Source: an uncultured Desulfurococcaceae archaeon (GTDB lineage Archaea > Thermoproteota > Thermoprotei_A > Sulfolobales > NBVN01). From it: a DNA stretch of 64,000 nucleotides. The stretch spans positions 70,096 to 134,095 of the forward strand of contig CAZXJO010000002.1 of the NCBI GenBank assembly GCA_964641155.1. Direction: 5' to 3'. The position numbers and the translations under genes were made by a program. Below, one piece after another: positions 7,259 to 16,386 of the stretch. The first letter of the stretch is position 1, and each line of letters opens with the position of its first letter. Below the pieces are notes generated by a model, which was not told where the DNA came from, ran no database searches, and was given only the letters and a program-made list of their open reading frames with translations.

Positions 7259-8554
7259 TTATCTTTTTAACGCTGGGTATACTTCACCGCCGTGGTGTAT
7301 TATCCCTATCTTAGCATTACTGCCGTGTCTAGCTAACGCTAATTCAAGTGCTTCTAATAAGGTGTCTGCGTGTTTGAATCTAAGCACTTTCTTATCTTCT
7401 AAGGTGAGACCTCTTGAAACGCAGATGCATTCCACCCTATGCACGTATTTTGTGTGGACGTACACTGTGGCCAGTCCCACTAAGTCTTCCTCACTTCCTT
7501 CCTCAATTACTTTGTTTAGGTCTTCCAACCTGGAATTTCTGTATTTTTCAAAAGTTTTACCATGAATTGGTGAGATCCTATCAGGGCAGTCGGTGTAAAG
7601 TACTACAGTACCACCGTCCCTAACGCCTAATTGGCAATGTATGAATCCCTTAATTGCTTGCCAATAATCGATTAGTGCAGGGTAGGTGTTAACCACTACG
7701 ACGTCCGCTAACTCAGGAATTTCCCTCTTGTATATTGTTTCAGCAACTTTTACCCCCTCCCTGAATGCCTTCCTCATGTCGCCGGCAGCTACTTTAACCA
7801 CCTCACCCTTCCCGTTGAACACGACATTAACTATGAAGTCCAAGCCCACAACATCTGCTACCTCTTCCATCTCCCTCCTTACAGGGTTATCAGGATCTCC
7901 AAGCAGTTTCACAGGGTCTTCTAGAGCTGCTAGTATGTGTGTGTACGCGGTTGTCTTCTCGCTGCACACCCCTGGCTGTATTATCTTAGCCCCCCCACCG
8001 TAACCGGCGTACAGGTGTGGTATTATGCTGCCAACGCCTATCACGAAATCTGCTTCGTAGACCAACTTGTTAGCATAAACGGGAGTTCCTTTCTTAGTGG
8101 TCCCCACATACACTAGCTTACTGCTATCCATCCACTCATGATTTACTATCTTAACCCTCCTAACGACTTCCTCCCCAAAGCACTTCAGGATCTCATAATC
8201 ATTCATGTATCTATGAGTGCCTAGTGCGATGACTATGGTTATATCTTCGTCCGGGATGCCGGCTTTGTTTAATTCGTTTAGAAGTATCGGGATTATCTTC
8301 TCTCTGGGCGTGGCTCTTGTAATGTCATCAGCTACTATGACGACCTTCATTCCGGGCTTTAATAACTCACTTAGGGGTTCGCAGCCGATGGGATTTCCAA
8401 TAGCTTCTGAGATAGCTCTACTCAAGTCCGGCACGGGGGGTAAGTCGTTGGGGCCTATCTCATAGATAATGTTGTTGCCGTAATTCTTCTTTATGAGTTC
8501 TAAGGAGTTGAACCAAATATCCATGAATTCCTTTACGGACATGACCGCTACCAA
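7259..8554 (-). CDS. LarA-like nickel-pincer-dependent 2-hydroxyacid racemase/epimerase (DUF2088 family)
   Basis: Motifs VADDITRATP, IALGTHR, and PHLYAGYGGGAKIIQPG. The size (431 aa) fits LarA. Confidence 0.8.
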   Translation of the reverse strand: MVAVMSVKEFMDIWFNSLELIKKNYGNNIIYEIGPNDLPPVPDLSRAISEAIGNPIGCEPLSELLKPGMKVVIVADDITRATPREKIIPILLNELNKAGIPDEDITIVIALGTHRYMNDYEILKCFGEEVVRRVKIVNHEWMDSSKLVYVGTTKKGTPVYANKLVYEADFVIGVGSIIPHLYAGYGGGAKIIQPGVCSEKTTAYTHILAALEDPVKLLGDPDNPVRREMEEVADVVGLDFIVNVVFNGKGEVVKVAAGDMRKAFREGVKVAETIYKREIPELADVVVVNTYPALIDYWQAIKGFIHCQLGVRDGGTVVLYTDCPDRISPIHGKTFEKYRNSRLEDLNKVIEEGSEEDLVGLATVYVHTKYVHRVECICVSRGLTLEDKKVLRFKHADTLLEALELALARHGSNAKIGIIHHGGEVYPALKR

Positions 8555-8957
8555 TTAATAACTTACATTCAAGGGTTAATATCTCCGCGTGCGACACGTT
8601 TATGACCGCTGTGGCAGTAAGCGAAGTGTCAAGTTTGGGTAATGATGCAGAATTCTCTGCTGACTATCAATCTATCCATAGCAATCCGGATGAGTAGCTG
8701 ATGTGATACAAATGTTGCTAATGCAACATAATTTGACAAGATTTCTCAATCACTTAAGCAGACGTGCATGGAGTATTAGGACATACATGAATAACCCAAG
8801 CGTCAGTGGATGTCATCGATAAAAACCAGTGCTAGGGGATGTAAAACCCGTGATAAAGTGATTGATGATGACGTGGTTCGAAAGCTGAAACGCTGTCTTA
8901 GGGTTAGTATGGTTTATAAGTTGCGTTGCCGTAGACGAATTATGGTGAGTTCTCAAA

Positions 8958-9401
8958 ATGGTTCTTGATGAGATTAAGAAAGCGCTTGAGGCGGAATCAG
9001 TTGCTGTGACTTCGTACATGCATGCATTACGTGTGTTAAGATTATATGGTGCCGATTTAAAGGATTTAGAAACCATTATTAAGAAGGTGGCCATTGACAC
9101 CCTCCTGCATAAGTGGCTTATGGATGGTATGTTAAAAGCTTACGAGGAAGCTTATAACAAAGATGCTGAAATTATGAGGGATATTGAGGAGGTCAAACCC
9201 TCCGCTGCGGAAAAAGCGTTGATGGTGAAGCTACTTAAAGACCACCTAAGCATAGAGAGCGACATGATCGAACTTTACAAGGAGCTAGCTAGAAGCGTTC
9301 AATACCCAATCCTCAGAGAACTTTCGGAGGCCCTTGCTAAAAATGAAGAGGAACATCATAGGTTAATAAGTGACTTAATAAAGAAGTACGAAGCTCAATA
9401 A
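8958..9401 (+). CDS. Ferritin-like/rubrerythrin-like four-helix-bundle protein
   Basis: 147 aa, all-helical, with paired E...ExxH-like motifs (LEAESVAVTSYMHA; IESDMIELY...AKNEEEHHRLI). Confidence 0.45.
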   Translation: MVLDEIKKALEAESVAVTSYMHALRVLRLYGADLKDLETIIKKVAIDTLLHKWLMDGMLKAYEEAYNKDAEIMRDIEEVKPSAAEKALMVKLLKDHLSIESDMIELYKELARSVQYPILRELSEALAKNEEEHHRLISDLIKKYEAQ

Positions 9402-9548
9402 TCAATGAGGGGGTAAGGGACGGCGAAGGTAAAAAGCAACTCGATTTTTCTTAATAAAGACTACTTGTAGGGAAGGCGTCCTCAATGTTTCGAGAGTAAT
9501 TTATAAACTTCTAAATGATAGTATTTAAGTGAGTTGGTCGGTTGCGCG

Positions 9549-9752
9549 ATGCCCCTGGTACATGTGTACGTTTGGAAAGGTTTTTCAAATGAATCTAAGA
9601 AGAAGGTAATAACAGGCATTACCAAGGTATTCACCGAGTTAGGTATCCCACCACACGCTGTTGAGGTAATCATTCATGAAATTTCGAAGGAAGATTGGGG
9701 TGTGGGAGGGGAACAAGCGAGCGAGAAGTTCAAGGAAGTGCAGCCACCTTAA
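9549..9752 (+). CDS. 4-oxalocrotonate tautomerase family enzyme
   Basis: An internal ATG at 9549 gives MPLVHVYVWKG..., so the catalytic Pro-1 follows Met. About 67 aa, with the typical beta-alpha-beta length. The ORF track starts at TTG 9534. Confidence 0.75.
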   Translation: MPLVHVYVWKGFSNESKKKVITGITKVFTELGIPPHAVEVIIHEISKEDWGVGGEQASEKFKEVQPP

Positions 9753-9819
9753 GTGCGGGATCAGTTAAGGTAATTTTAAACTCCAGGTTTCTTTGAAACC
9801 CTTACCGAAGGAGGTTATG

Positions 9820-10032
9820 AAACTGTTTTTGCTCGACATGGGGTTTATTTGCTGCAACAACTGATGATCGATTTTAAAGGTATCTCAGACCCACGCACTG
9901 CACGTGGAGGAGTAGGCCCGAAGGGGTACGGGCGGATTTGATAAATACCGGGTAGATGTGGTATCATCAGTCGTTCACTGCGGAAGCCCTTCCATGAAAT
10001 GAGGAGAATGAAGGCAACGCTAGGCCAGAACG
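9820..10032 (+). repeat. Dispersed noncoding repeat family, copy C
   Basis: Contains AAGGTATCTCAGACCCACGCACTGCACGTGG and the core GTTCACTGCGGAAGCCCTTCCATGAAATGAGGAGAATGAAGGCAACGCTAGGCCAGAACGG. It starts about 70 nt after the tautomerase stop. Confidence 0.7.
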
Positions 10033-10384
10033 GATTCAAGTTATGATGAAATCAATTGATGCGAATGTACCTAGGCTGACTTAAAAGGGTGCGTTATGGA
10101 GTGCTGCCTCGAACCTCACCTCAACGGTAACTTATGGCCTCTAAGACTAGGGAACCTCTCGCTGAAGGTTTATCCAGGGCCGGGACCTCCATCCACTGTC
10201 CCCGCCACCACGAGGACAGTAGTTATGGGTATTTCAAATGTACCTACGAGGTCTGAGTTGAAGACCCTGTACTGCTTCGGCACCTAAAGCTAATCTCTAT
10301 TATTCTTCTATCATTACTCGTGTAGCGGACGTTTAGATATTGTGTACACTTCAACGTAGATTATGTCGAACCCGCACTACTCGG

Positions 10385-10560
10385 AAGCGTCGCGGGTTTC
10401 ACCGACCCCACACCTATTAAAGGGGTGAACACCCCCTTACGTCATCACTGATAATGACAGCGTTCACATATACTCTCCAACAAGTCCGTGTAGGGGTTGT
10501 GATTTGCTGAATTACAACGGATCAGAGGTGTAGGTCCTTGAACAGCCTAAGTCAGTAGTT
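10385..10560 (-). repeat. Degenerate repeat-family copy in inverted orientation relative to copy C
   Basis: GGATCAGAGGTGTAGGTCCTTGAACAG matches the reverse complement of CTGTTCTTGGAGGTATCTCAGACCTACACCTGAT with a gap. GGGTTTCACC and GGTGAACAC blocks also appear in the expected order. Confidence 0.3.
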
Positions 10561-11060
10561 CCTCAAAACACATGTCATAATTACGCGTACTCAAACCTGG
10601 TCTTAATATCAGTTCAGTAGTGGAACGCCCCTAGTTACCCTAAACTCCTCGATTTCTAACCCTGCTGTATGATGATTAAATCATGAATTAAAGACGTTAC
10701 CCGAATAGTGAAATACTTAATAGCCCTTAAATCACAGTTGATAGGGATATGATGAGACGGCTGTGGTCTTAGTATCCAGTGCTGACCCGTGTTTAAACTG
10801 ACTGCGGCTGGTGTGGATGGAGCAAAACGTTATAGCCCCGGCGATTGCCCGCATAATGCAGGCTACTAAATGTTAAACATCCTTGCTAGGGAGTTAGGTG
10901 GAGTCTTGATAAGTCGTAGCTCTCATCAATCTTCCCCAAATAGATGGCTATCTTCAAATCAAGAATTTGCCATTATAACTAATGATTATTTTGGTATCAT
11001 GTTGACTTATTTATAATCTCCAAAAGTGTAAAATTTAAATTTTCCAATAAGTACCATACA

Positions 11061-12857
11061 TTGATGGTGTCTTATATGGGGAAATCAACACGTAAGTTAG
11101 TACTCTCATGTTTGATTGCATTGTTGGTTGTCGGCTCAGTATCAGGTGTTGTGTCGCTAGCCTACATCGAGAAGTTACCAACTCCAAGGGAGTGTGACCT
11201 GTTAGGCCTTAAGGTTGTGGAGTTGACTAATCCAATACAGAACGAGGTCATTAAGTGGTTCGGGATTGTCGGTGAGGTTTCGACGTTAGCCACAGTTCCT
11301 AAGGACGGTTATTATTCGCTATTCCTTAATAATTCGGGGGAGCACGTAGGGACTCATGTGGATGCTCCGGTGCATTTCTACTATGACGGATTATTCATTA
11401 ACGAGTTGCCGCTGGAGGTCCTTTACGGGGTTGCAGTGGTTGTTGATGCTAGGAAGTATGTCTCACACCCGAACGACACTATAACTATGAGTGAGTTAAT
11501 GGATTGGGAGAGAAGTGTTGGGGTGGAGATTCCTAAAGGTTCCATAGTTTTGATATACACCGGTTGGGCTAATTACTGGGGCCTCTACACTAGTTGGGAG
11601 CAGTATTGGGAGATAGCGAGGGGTTGGCCCGGCCTCTCACCTGATGCTGCCAAGTACCTGGTAAGTAAGGGTATTGTAGGGGTTGGTTTAGATACCTTAA
11701 GCGTGGACCCGGCACCTGCCGCAAACTTCCCAGCACACTACATATTGACCGAAGCGAACATATACATAATTGAGAACATAAACACCAACCTAGAAAAACT
11801 CGCTAATAATGCTGCATTCTTGTTACTAGCCCCCATGAAAACTAAGTATGGTTCCGCTGGCCCAGGCCTTGAATTACTAGCTATTTATGACCCCAACGCA
11901 GACATCCACCTCAATCTAATGCTCGCAAACATGGTCAAGGTGTCATTAGATCAGTCTGAGAAATACGACCTAGCATTCAATGTCGAGAACGGTATACCAG
12001 CATGGTTTACTATATGGTCAGGTTTCAAGGTTTTAGGCAGTCCTAAAGAGATGATAAGTACTTACGGCGCCTACTACGGGTTCTTAACGATGAACGAGCA
12101 TGTGGGCACTCATATCGACGCGCCGGCACACTTCGCAGTTGGTGTTTGGAAGATTGATGAAGTACCTTTAAGCAGGTTCTGGGGGAGGGCTGTGATTATG
12201 GATATGAGGACCTACATAAAGCATCCTAACTACTCAATAACCGCTGAGGATGTGAGGTCGTGGGAGGAGAAGACAGGCATTAGGATAAGCAAGGATGATA
12301 TAGTTCTCGTATATACTGGATGGGCTCGTTACTGGAAAACCTACAAGACATGGGATGAGTACTGGAATGCCATGGGTAGGGGGTTCCCGGGACTATCGCC
12401 TGATGCTGCCAAATACTTAGTGAGTAAGGGGATTAAAGGTATAGCCCTGGACACCCTTAGTGTAGACCCACCGACCCAAGCCGTAGATTTCCCGGCACAT
12501 AAAATCCTAGTAAATGTCAATATATGGATTGGGGAGAACTATAACCTAGCCATACTACCGAAGAGAGACACCACAGCATTTATACTATCATTGCCGGCCA
12601 TGGTCGTTAAAGAAGGTTCCGGAGCTCCTGCAAGACCTATATTAGTCTACAATTTCAACTTAGAATCCATAGTTAATCACTACAAGTATCTTAAAAATTT
12701 AGTGTACAGTGCGAATAGTGCTAAGACCGCACCCGCAAGCACAGCAACCCCCAGCAGACCATTATTGCTCGGCGACACGGCGTTAGCACTCTCACTAGCT
12801 ATGGCGTTCGCTGCAGCACTATACATCACCCTACGTGGGGGGACAAGTCCTACCTAA
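11061..12857 (+). CDS. Secreted, membrane-anchored protein with two tandem putative-cyclase / kynurenine-formamidase-like domains
   Basis: N-terminal signal/anchor (LVLSCLIALLVVGSVSGVVSLA). Two HxGTHxDxPxH metal motifs (GEHVGTHVDAPVHF; NEHVGTHIDAPAHF). The near-identical segments SPDAAKYLVSKGIVGVGLDTLSVDP and SPDAAKYLVSKGIKGIALDTLSVDP show an internal duplication. A Thr/Pro/Ser-rich linker precedes a C-terminal TM helix (LLLGDTALALSLAMAFAAALYITL). Confidence 0.8.
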   Translation: MMVSYMGKSTRKLVLSCLIALLVVGSVSGVVSLAYIEKLPTPRECDLLGLKVVELTNPIQNEVIKWFGIVGEVSTLATVPKDGYYSLFLNNSGEHVGTHVDAPVHFYYDGLFINELPLEVLYGVAVVVDARKYVSHPNDTITMSELMDWERSVGVEIPKGSIVLIYTGWANYWGLYTSWEQYWEIARGWPGLSPDAAKYLVSKGIVGVGLDTLSVDPAPAANFPAHYILTEANIYIIENINTNLEKLANNAAFLLLAPMKTKYGSAGPGLELLAIYDPNADIHLNLMLANMVKVSLDQSEKYDLAFNVENGIPAWFTIWSGFKVLGSPKEMISTYGAYYGFLTMNEHVGTHIDAPAHFAVGVWKIDEVPLSRFWGRAVIMDMRTYIKHPNYSITAEDVRSWEEKTGIRISKDDIVLVYTGWARYWKTYKTWDEYWNAMGRGFPGLSPDAAKYLVSKGIKGIALDTLSVDPPTQAVDFPAHKILVNVNIWIGENYNLAILPKRDTTAFILSLPAMVVKEGSGAPARPILVYNFNLESIVNHYKYLKNLVYSANSAKTAPASTATPSRPLLLGDTALALSLAMAFAAALYITLRGGTSPT

Positions 12858-13229
12858 ACTAAACCTTCCTTTTTCGTCAGTCATAAATCTTAACACTGAC
12901 TCACCACTTCAGCCCCCAGTAAATCGTTTAGCACTCATTAGTCAATCGAAGACCACAGCATCTTCAACGTTTTGACATCATAGGTATTTCGAGATTATTA
13001 CTTAGACAGCTGCATCAAAAATTTGTTAATAGCTTCAAGGGGAGGCAGCAGGATTTCGGACGTATTGCGAAAGATGGCTCAGGGTGAGGAAGGTGGAATA
13101 GTAGCTGTTTCAATTGCCTTCAACCCCCACATCAACAGGCTTAAACTATTTTACAATAACTGTTGCAGAGATATGTCGAAAATAGAGGGCGAGGGGTCTA
13201 GGAGGCCTTGAGATTTTTTTTGGGGTCAT

Positions 13230-13395
13230 GGAGCTGTTTCTGTGTAGCGTGAAGCTTGTTTATTACCTTGTGAAATGTGTTCTTGGAGGTACTTCAGACC
13301 TACGCCCGGTATGTGGAGACTCCACCCGTTCACTCCGAAAGCCCTCCCATGAAATGAGGAGGGAAGGGATGAAAGTCAACGCTAGACCAGCAACG
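13230..13395 (+). repeat. Dispersed noncoding repeat family, copy B (short form lacking the roughly 70-nt central module)
   Basis: GGAGCTGTTTCTGTGTAGCGTGAAGCTTGTTTATTACCTTGTGAAATGTGTTCTTGGAGGTACTTCAGACCTACGCC is followed by GTTCACTCCGAAAGCCCTCCCATGAAATGAGGAGGGAAGGGATGAAAGTCAACGCTAGACCAG. At the deletion junction, GTGGA-gac-TCCAC forms a hairpin. Confidence 0.75.
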
Positions 13396-13522
13396 ATCTA
13401 TAAACATCTTCCAACATTGATGGAGGTGGTGTGGCGATGCCGGAAACTTGGGCTCAGTGAAGCGCTACCCTCAACGGCTGAGAGGAGCTTAACTACGTAG
13501 GCCAGTACAATGGTATAGTGAG

Positions 13523-13603
<81 letters not shown>

Positions 13604-13664
13604 GAGTAATTAAATTATCATTTTTAAGTTTTTAGCTGTTACACAGCTCACTTCCTCGTTGGTC

Positions 13665-13800
13665 CGACCCCTCATGAGGGACTTCAGTCCACATGCAAAT
13701 TTATGAGGCTGACGTTCATTGGTCGTATCCTTCACTCAGTGGAGGGAATCGCTGGGTTTAGGGATGTGGGTCGTCCTGGGAAGGATCGCAAGTCTTAAGC
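13665..13800 (+). repeat. Degenerate repeat-family copy on the other side of tRNA-Val
   Basis: GAGGGACTTCAGTCCACATGC resembles GGAGGTACTTCAGACCTACGC of copy B. CCTTCACTCAGTGGAGGG resembles the core CGTTCACTGCGGAGGG. Confidence 0.3.
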
Positions 13801-13881
13801 ACTCGGATGCGTACCTCCTGAGGATTTAAGTTCGCGGCGACGTCCTACGGCCAAGGGTCTACGACCCCACACATAATTATT

Positions 13882-14787
13882 CTACTGACTTGGTTCTAGG
13901 AAATCCTTGATGCTTACGTGATCCTTAGATATCTCTGCCCTAACTCCCTTCAACGGGTTCACTACTTGATTTATCCTGAGCTCCACGAGTATGCTGGATA
14001 GCATGTAGGCTTCCTGAAAGTTAATATTGAACGCTTTCATCAACACTTTAACGGCCTCCTCAACAGCCTTGTATACGGCTTCGTCTAGATCATTGCCTGA
14101 AGTTATTATTGAGTAGCTTTCCTCTGTTTCAGCTATCGGATATGTAGGCTTCCTACCTTTAATTACGTCTACCTTGACCGTCACCTCACCTTCGACCTCT
14201 ATGGGGGTTATTCCTGACTCTCCATCGGATTGGACTGCATGTAAGTCACCCATAGCCAGTAAAGCTCCTTCAACGAATACTGGAAAGTATAGTCTGCAAC
14301 CCCTCCGCACTATCTTCAGATCCATATTACCTCCGTGAGGTCCGCACATGACGGTAGGAACTTCACCCTCTGCTGGTGAGACACCGATAGTACCAACCAT
14401 TGGTTTGATAGGTATTTTAAGATTGTTGAAGAGCACGTAACCGTCCTCGATCCTCACTATCTTGATTTTAGGTTCGAATTTCTTATCACGTAAAGCTCCC
14501 CCTCCGGGGAATACTCGGATCCAACCGCTGTTAGATATCTCAACATCAAGAATATCCACAACTAACGTATCCCCCGGCCGGGCGCCTTCAACGTATAAGG
14601 GACCTGTGGAGGGGTTCCTCTTACTTATGTCTATAGCCTCAAGCGGTATATCCTCCCTTCGAATCTGCCCACTTAAATTGTCCATAACCTCAAACACTAC
14701 TACATCGCCCGGACTTGCGTAAGCAGCAGGGATGGAGTCGCTAGAAAACCTATATGTGAACTTACTCTTAGGTATTCTAACAAGCAT
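13882..14787 (-). CDS. Acetamidase/formamidase family (FmdA/AmdA) amidohydrolase
   Basis: 301 aa with NPSTGPLYVEGARPGDTLVVDILDV, GPHGGNMD, and MGDLHAVQSDGES, which are characteristic of the family. Confidence 0.85.
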   Translation of the reverse strand: MLVRIPKSKFTYRFSSDSIPAAYASPGDVVVFEVMDNLSGQIRREDIPLEAIDISKRNPSTGPLYVEGARPGDTLVVDILDVEISNSGWIRVFPGGGALRDKKFEPKIKIVRIEDGYVLFNNLKIPIKPMVGTIGVSPAEGEVPTVMCGPHGGNMDLKIVRRGCRLYFPVFVEGALLAMGDLHAVQSDGESGITPIEVEGEVTVKVDVIKGRKPTYPIAETEESYSIITSGNDLDEAVYKAVEEAVKVLMKAFNINFQEAYMLSSILVELRINQVVNPLKGVRAEISKDHVSIKDFLEPSQ

Positions 14788-14825
14788 ACTTGACCACGAG
14801 AAGATCTTAGCCTTAAATTTAAAAA

Positions 14826-15040
14826 CCTAGGTACTTCCATACATCGAACGCTCGACGGTCCCGTGCAAACCATGCCCCACCTGAGGCAGTTTCACATGCG
14901 CAGTCCGCTTTACCACGCCATAAACAGCCCTAGATCGCTAAGGGTTAGGGGTGGAGCCGCTGTAACGCGGGACGTGGGTAATGGTCCGAAGCCGGGGGCA
15001 GAGAACCCTTGAGGTTGTGGGGTACTAAACCAATGAAACT
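14826..15040 (+). repeat. Degenerate repeat-related sequence (copy F)
   Basis: ACGCGGGACGTGGGTAATGGTCCGAAGCCGGGGG parallels ACCCGCACATTGTACGTGGGATGGGACCGAATCTGAGTGGG (copy E) and CACGTGGAGGAGTAGGCCCGAAGGGG (copy C). AGGTACTTCCATAC at the 5' side resembles AGGTACTTCAGACCTAC. Confidence 0.25.
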
Positions 15041-15141
15041 ATGTGACCCTTCGGGTAGGGTCGAATATAAAAATTTTTCAACGATGTACACTTAAATAAT
15101 CGGATAGCAACTGAGGCTGAAGAGTTGGGCATTGGTGGTCA

Positions 15142-16317
15142 GTGATGGTTAATTGGAGGTATGTGTATGCTTTAGGTGCTGCCTTGAACACAGCTACGTG
15201 GGGGCTTTATTTCTCCTTTACTAGACGTTACTTAAGTGTTGAATTAGGAGGGGGGACTCAGACGCTTCTACTGATCTCAGGGCTTGAATGGGCTTTCACC
15301 CTATTCGCCATACTTTCAAGTAAGTTGGTGGAGAAGGTAGGCAGTAAGTACGTCGCGCTTTTAGGGATTACGGGAGTCATACCGTTCATAGTGGCGTTAA
15401 GGATCTACGACCCAAACATCTTAGCAGTAATTCTAAGCTTAGCAAGTCTTTCCTGGGCTCTTTCATGGCCTTCAATTCTACAGGCAGTATTCAGTGGTGA
15501 TGACCTCACGCCTGGGAGGGCATACGGTTACTTCACAGTGGGTTCAGGTATAGGGTATAGTCTGGGCTCCATGGCTATGGGGATCTTATATGGTCTCACC
15601 GGAGCTGAAGGAGTCTTCATCACGATAGTGCTCATGTACGCCGTGACTTACCTAATTTTCTTCAAACTATACCCTGCTGAGAAGCCTCACAGGATTTACT
15701 CCAGAAATTACGGTGGAAACCGAGGAGTCATTTATGGTACGCTACCAGCCCTAATCGCGTTATCGCTCACAGTCTTTACTAGGGAAATACTGTACTCGAT
15801 AGCACCACTTAAGCTCAGTTCCGAGATCCTTAAAGTGCTTCCAGCATCTTCAGAGTTAACGGAATACACGTTATTCGGGGTTGTGTTCGGAGGTATTACT
15901 GCCTTACTCTCGGTACCGGCCAGAATAACCGCCGGCAAACTCTCAGATAAGTATAACCCCTTAATAATATTATCAGCCACTAGCTCAGCTTACTTGATCA
16001 CTTACTGGTCGTTCGTGAGAACTGAAGGGCTGGTCCCCATAATTGTATGGCAAATCCCGCTATATCCATTCCTGGACGTGTCTATAAACGCATACATCGC
16101 CAAACACGTACCTAGACACGCTATGACACTAGGATTTGGAACTGCCTTAATGTTCAGCGCCGTTGGTGGGTTAATGTTGTTGCCAGTTCTAATGATGCAG
16201 AACACAAGCCCCGAGTTCCTAGGATGCTTGGTCACAGCATCAACGACGTTAGCAGTACTCATCATAGCACTGAAATTGAGGCATATCAAGCGATCCGAGC
16301 GATTAATTAATTCGTAA
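15142..16317 (+). CDS. Major facilitator superfamily-like transporter
   Basis: 391 aa with about 10-12 hydrophobic helices arranged as two halves with a central loop (PAEKPHRIYSRNYGGNRG). No more specific motif was recognised. Confidence 0.55.
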   Translation: MMVNWRYVYALGAALNTATWGLYFSFTRRYLSVELGGGTQTLLLISGLEWAFTLFAILSSKLVEKVGSKYVALLGITGVIPFIVALRIYDPNILAVILSLASLSWALSWPSILQAVFSGDDLTPGRAYGYFTVGSGIGYSLGSMAMGILYGLTGAEGVFITIVLMYAVTYLIFFKLYPAEKPHRIYSRNYGGNRGVIYGTLPALIALSLTVFTREILYSIAPLKLSSEILKVLPASSELTEYTLFGVVFGGITALLSVPARITAGKLSDKYNPLIILSATSSAYLITYWSFVRTEGLVPIIVWQIPLYPFLDVSINAYIAKHVPRHAMTLGFGTALMFSAVGGLMLLPVLMMQNTSPEFLGCLVTASTTLAVLIIALKLRHIKRSERLINS

Positions 16318-16386
16318 CTGAAAATTGCATCCCTAGGATGAGGGAGGGTAGTTGATTTTTAAGCGATTGCGTAATATCCCATGTAA

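Noticed and set aside
8561-8957. A 400-nt spacer between the LarA-like and ferritin-like genes as a hidden gene or RNA
   Set aside because: It contains only the shadow ORF 8813-9100 (low complexity, overlapping the ferritin-like gene start), no repeat-family similarity and no convincing structure. It probably holds divergent promoters and UTRs, but I cannot support a feature.
13023-13500. ORFs 13023-13211 and 13228-13500 as genes
   Set aside because: The second lies on repeat copy B. The same element in other copies has stops in every frame at different positions, so the open frame here is fortuitous. The first has no motifs and sits in the same noncoding patch.
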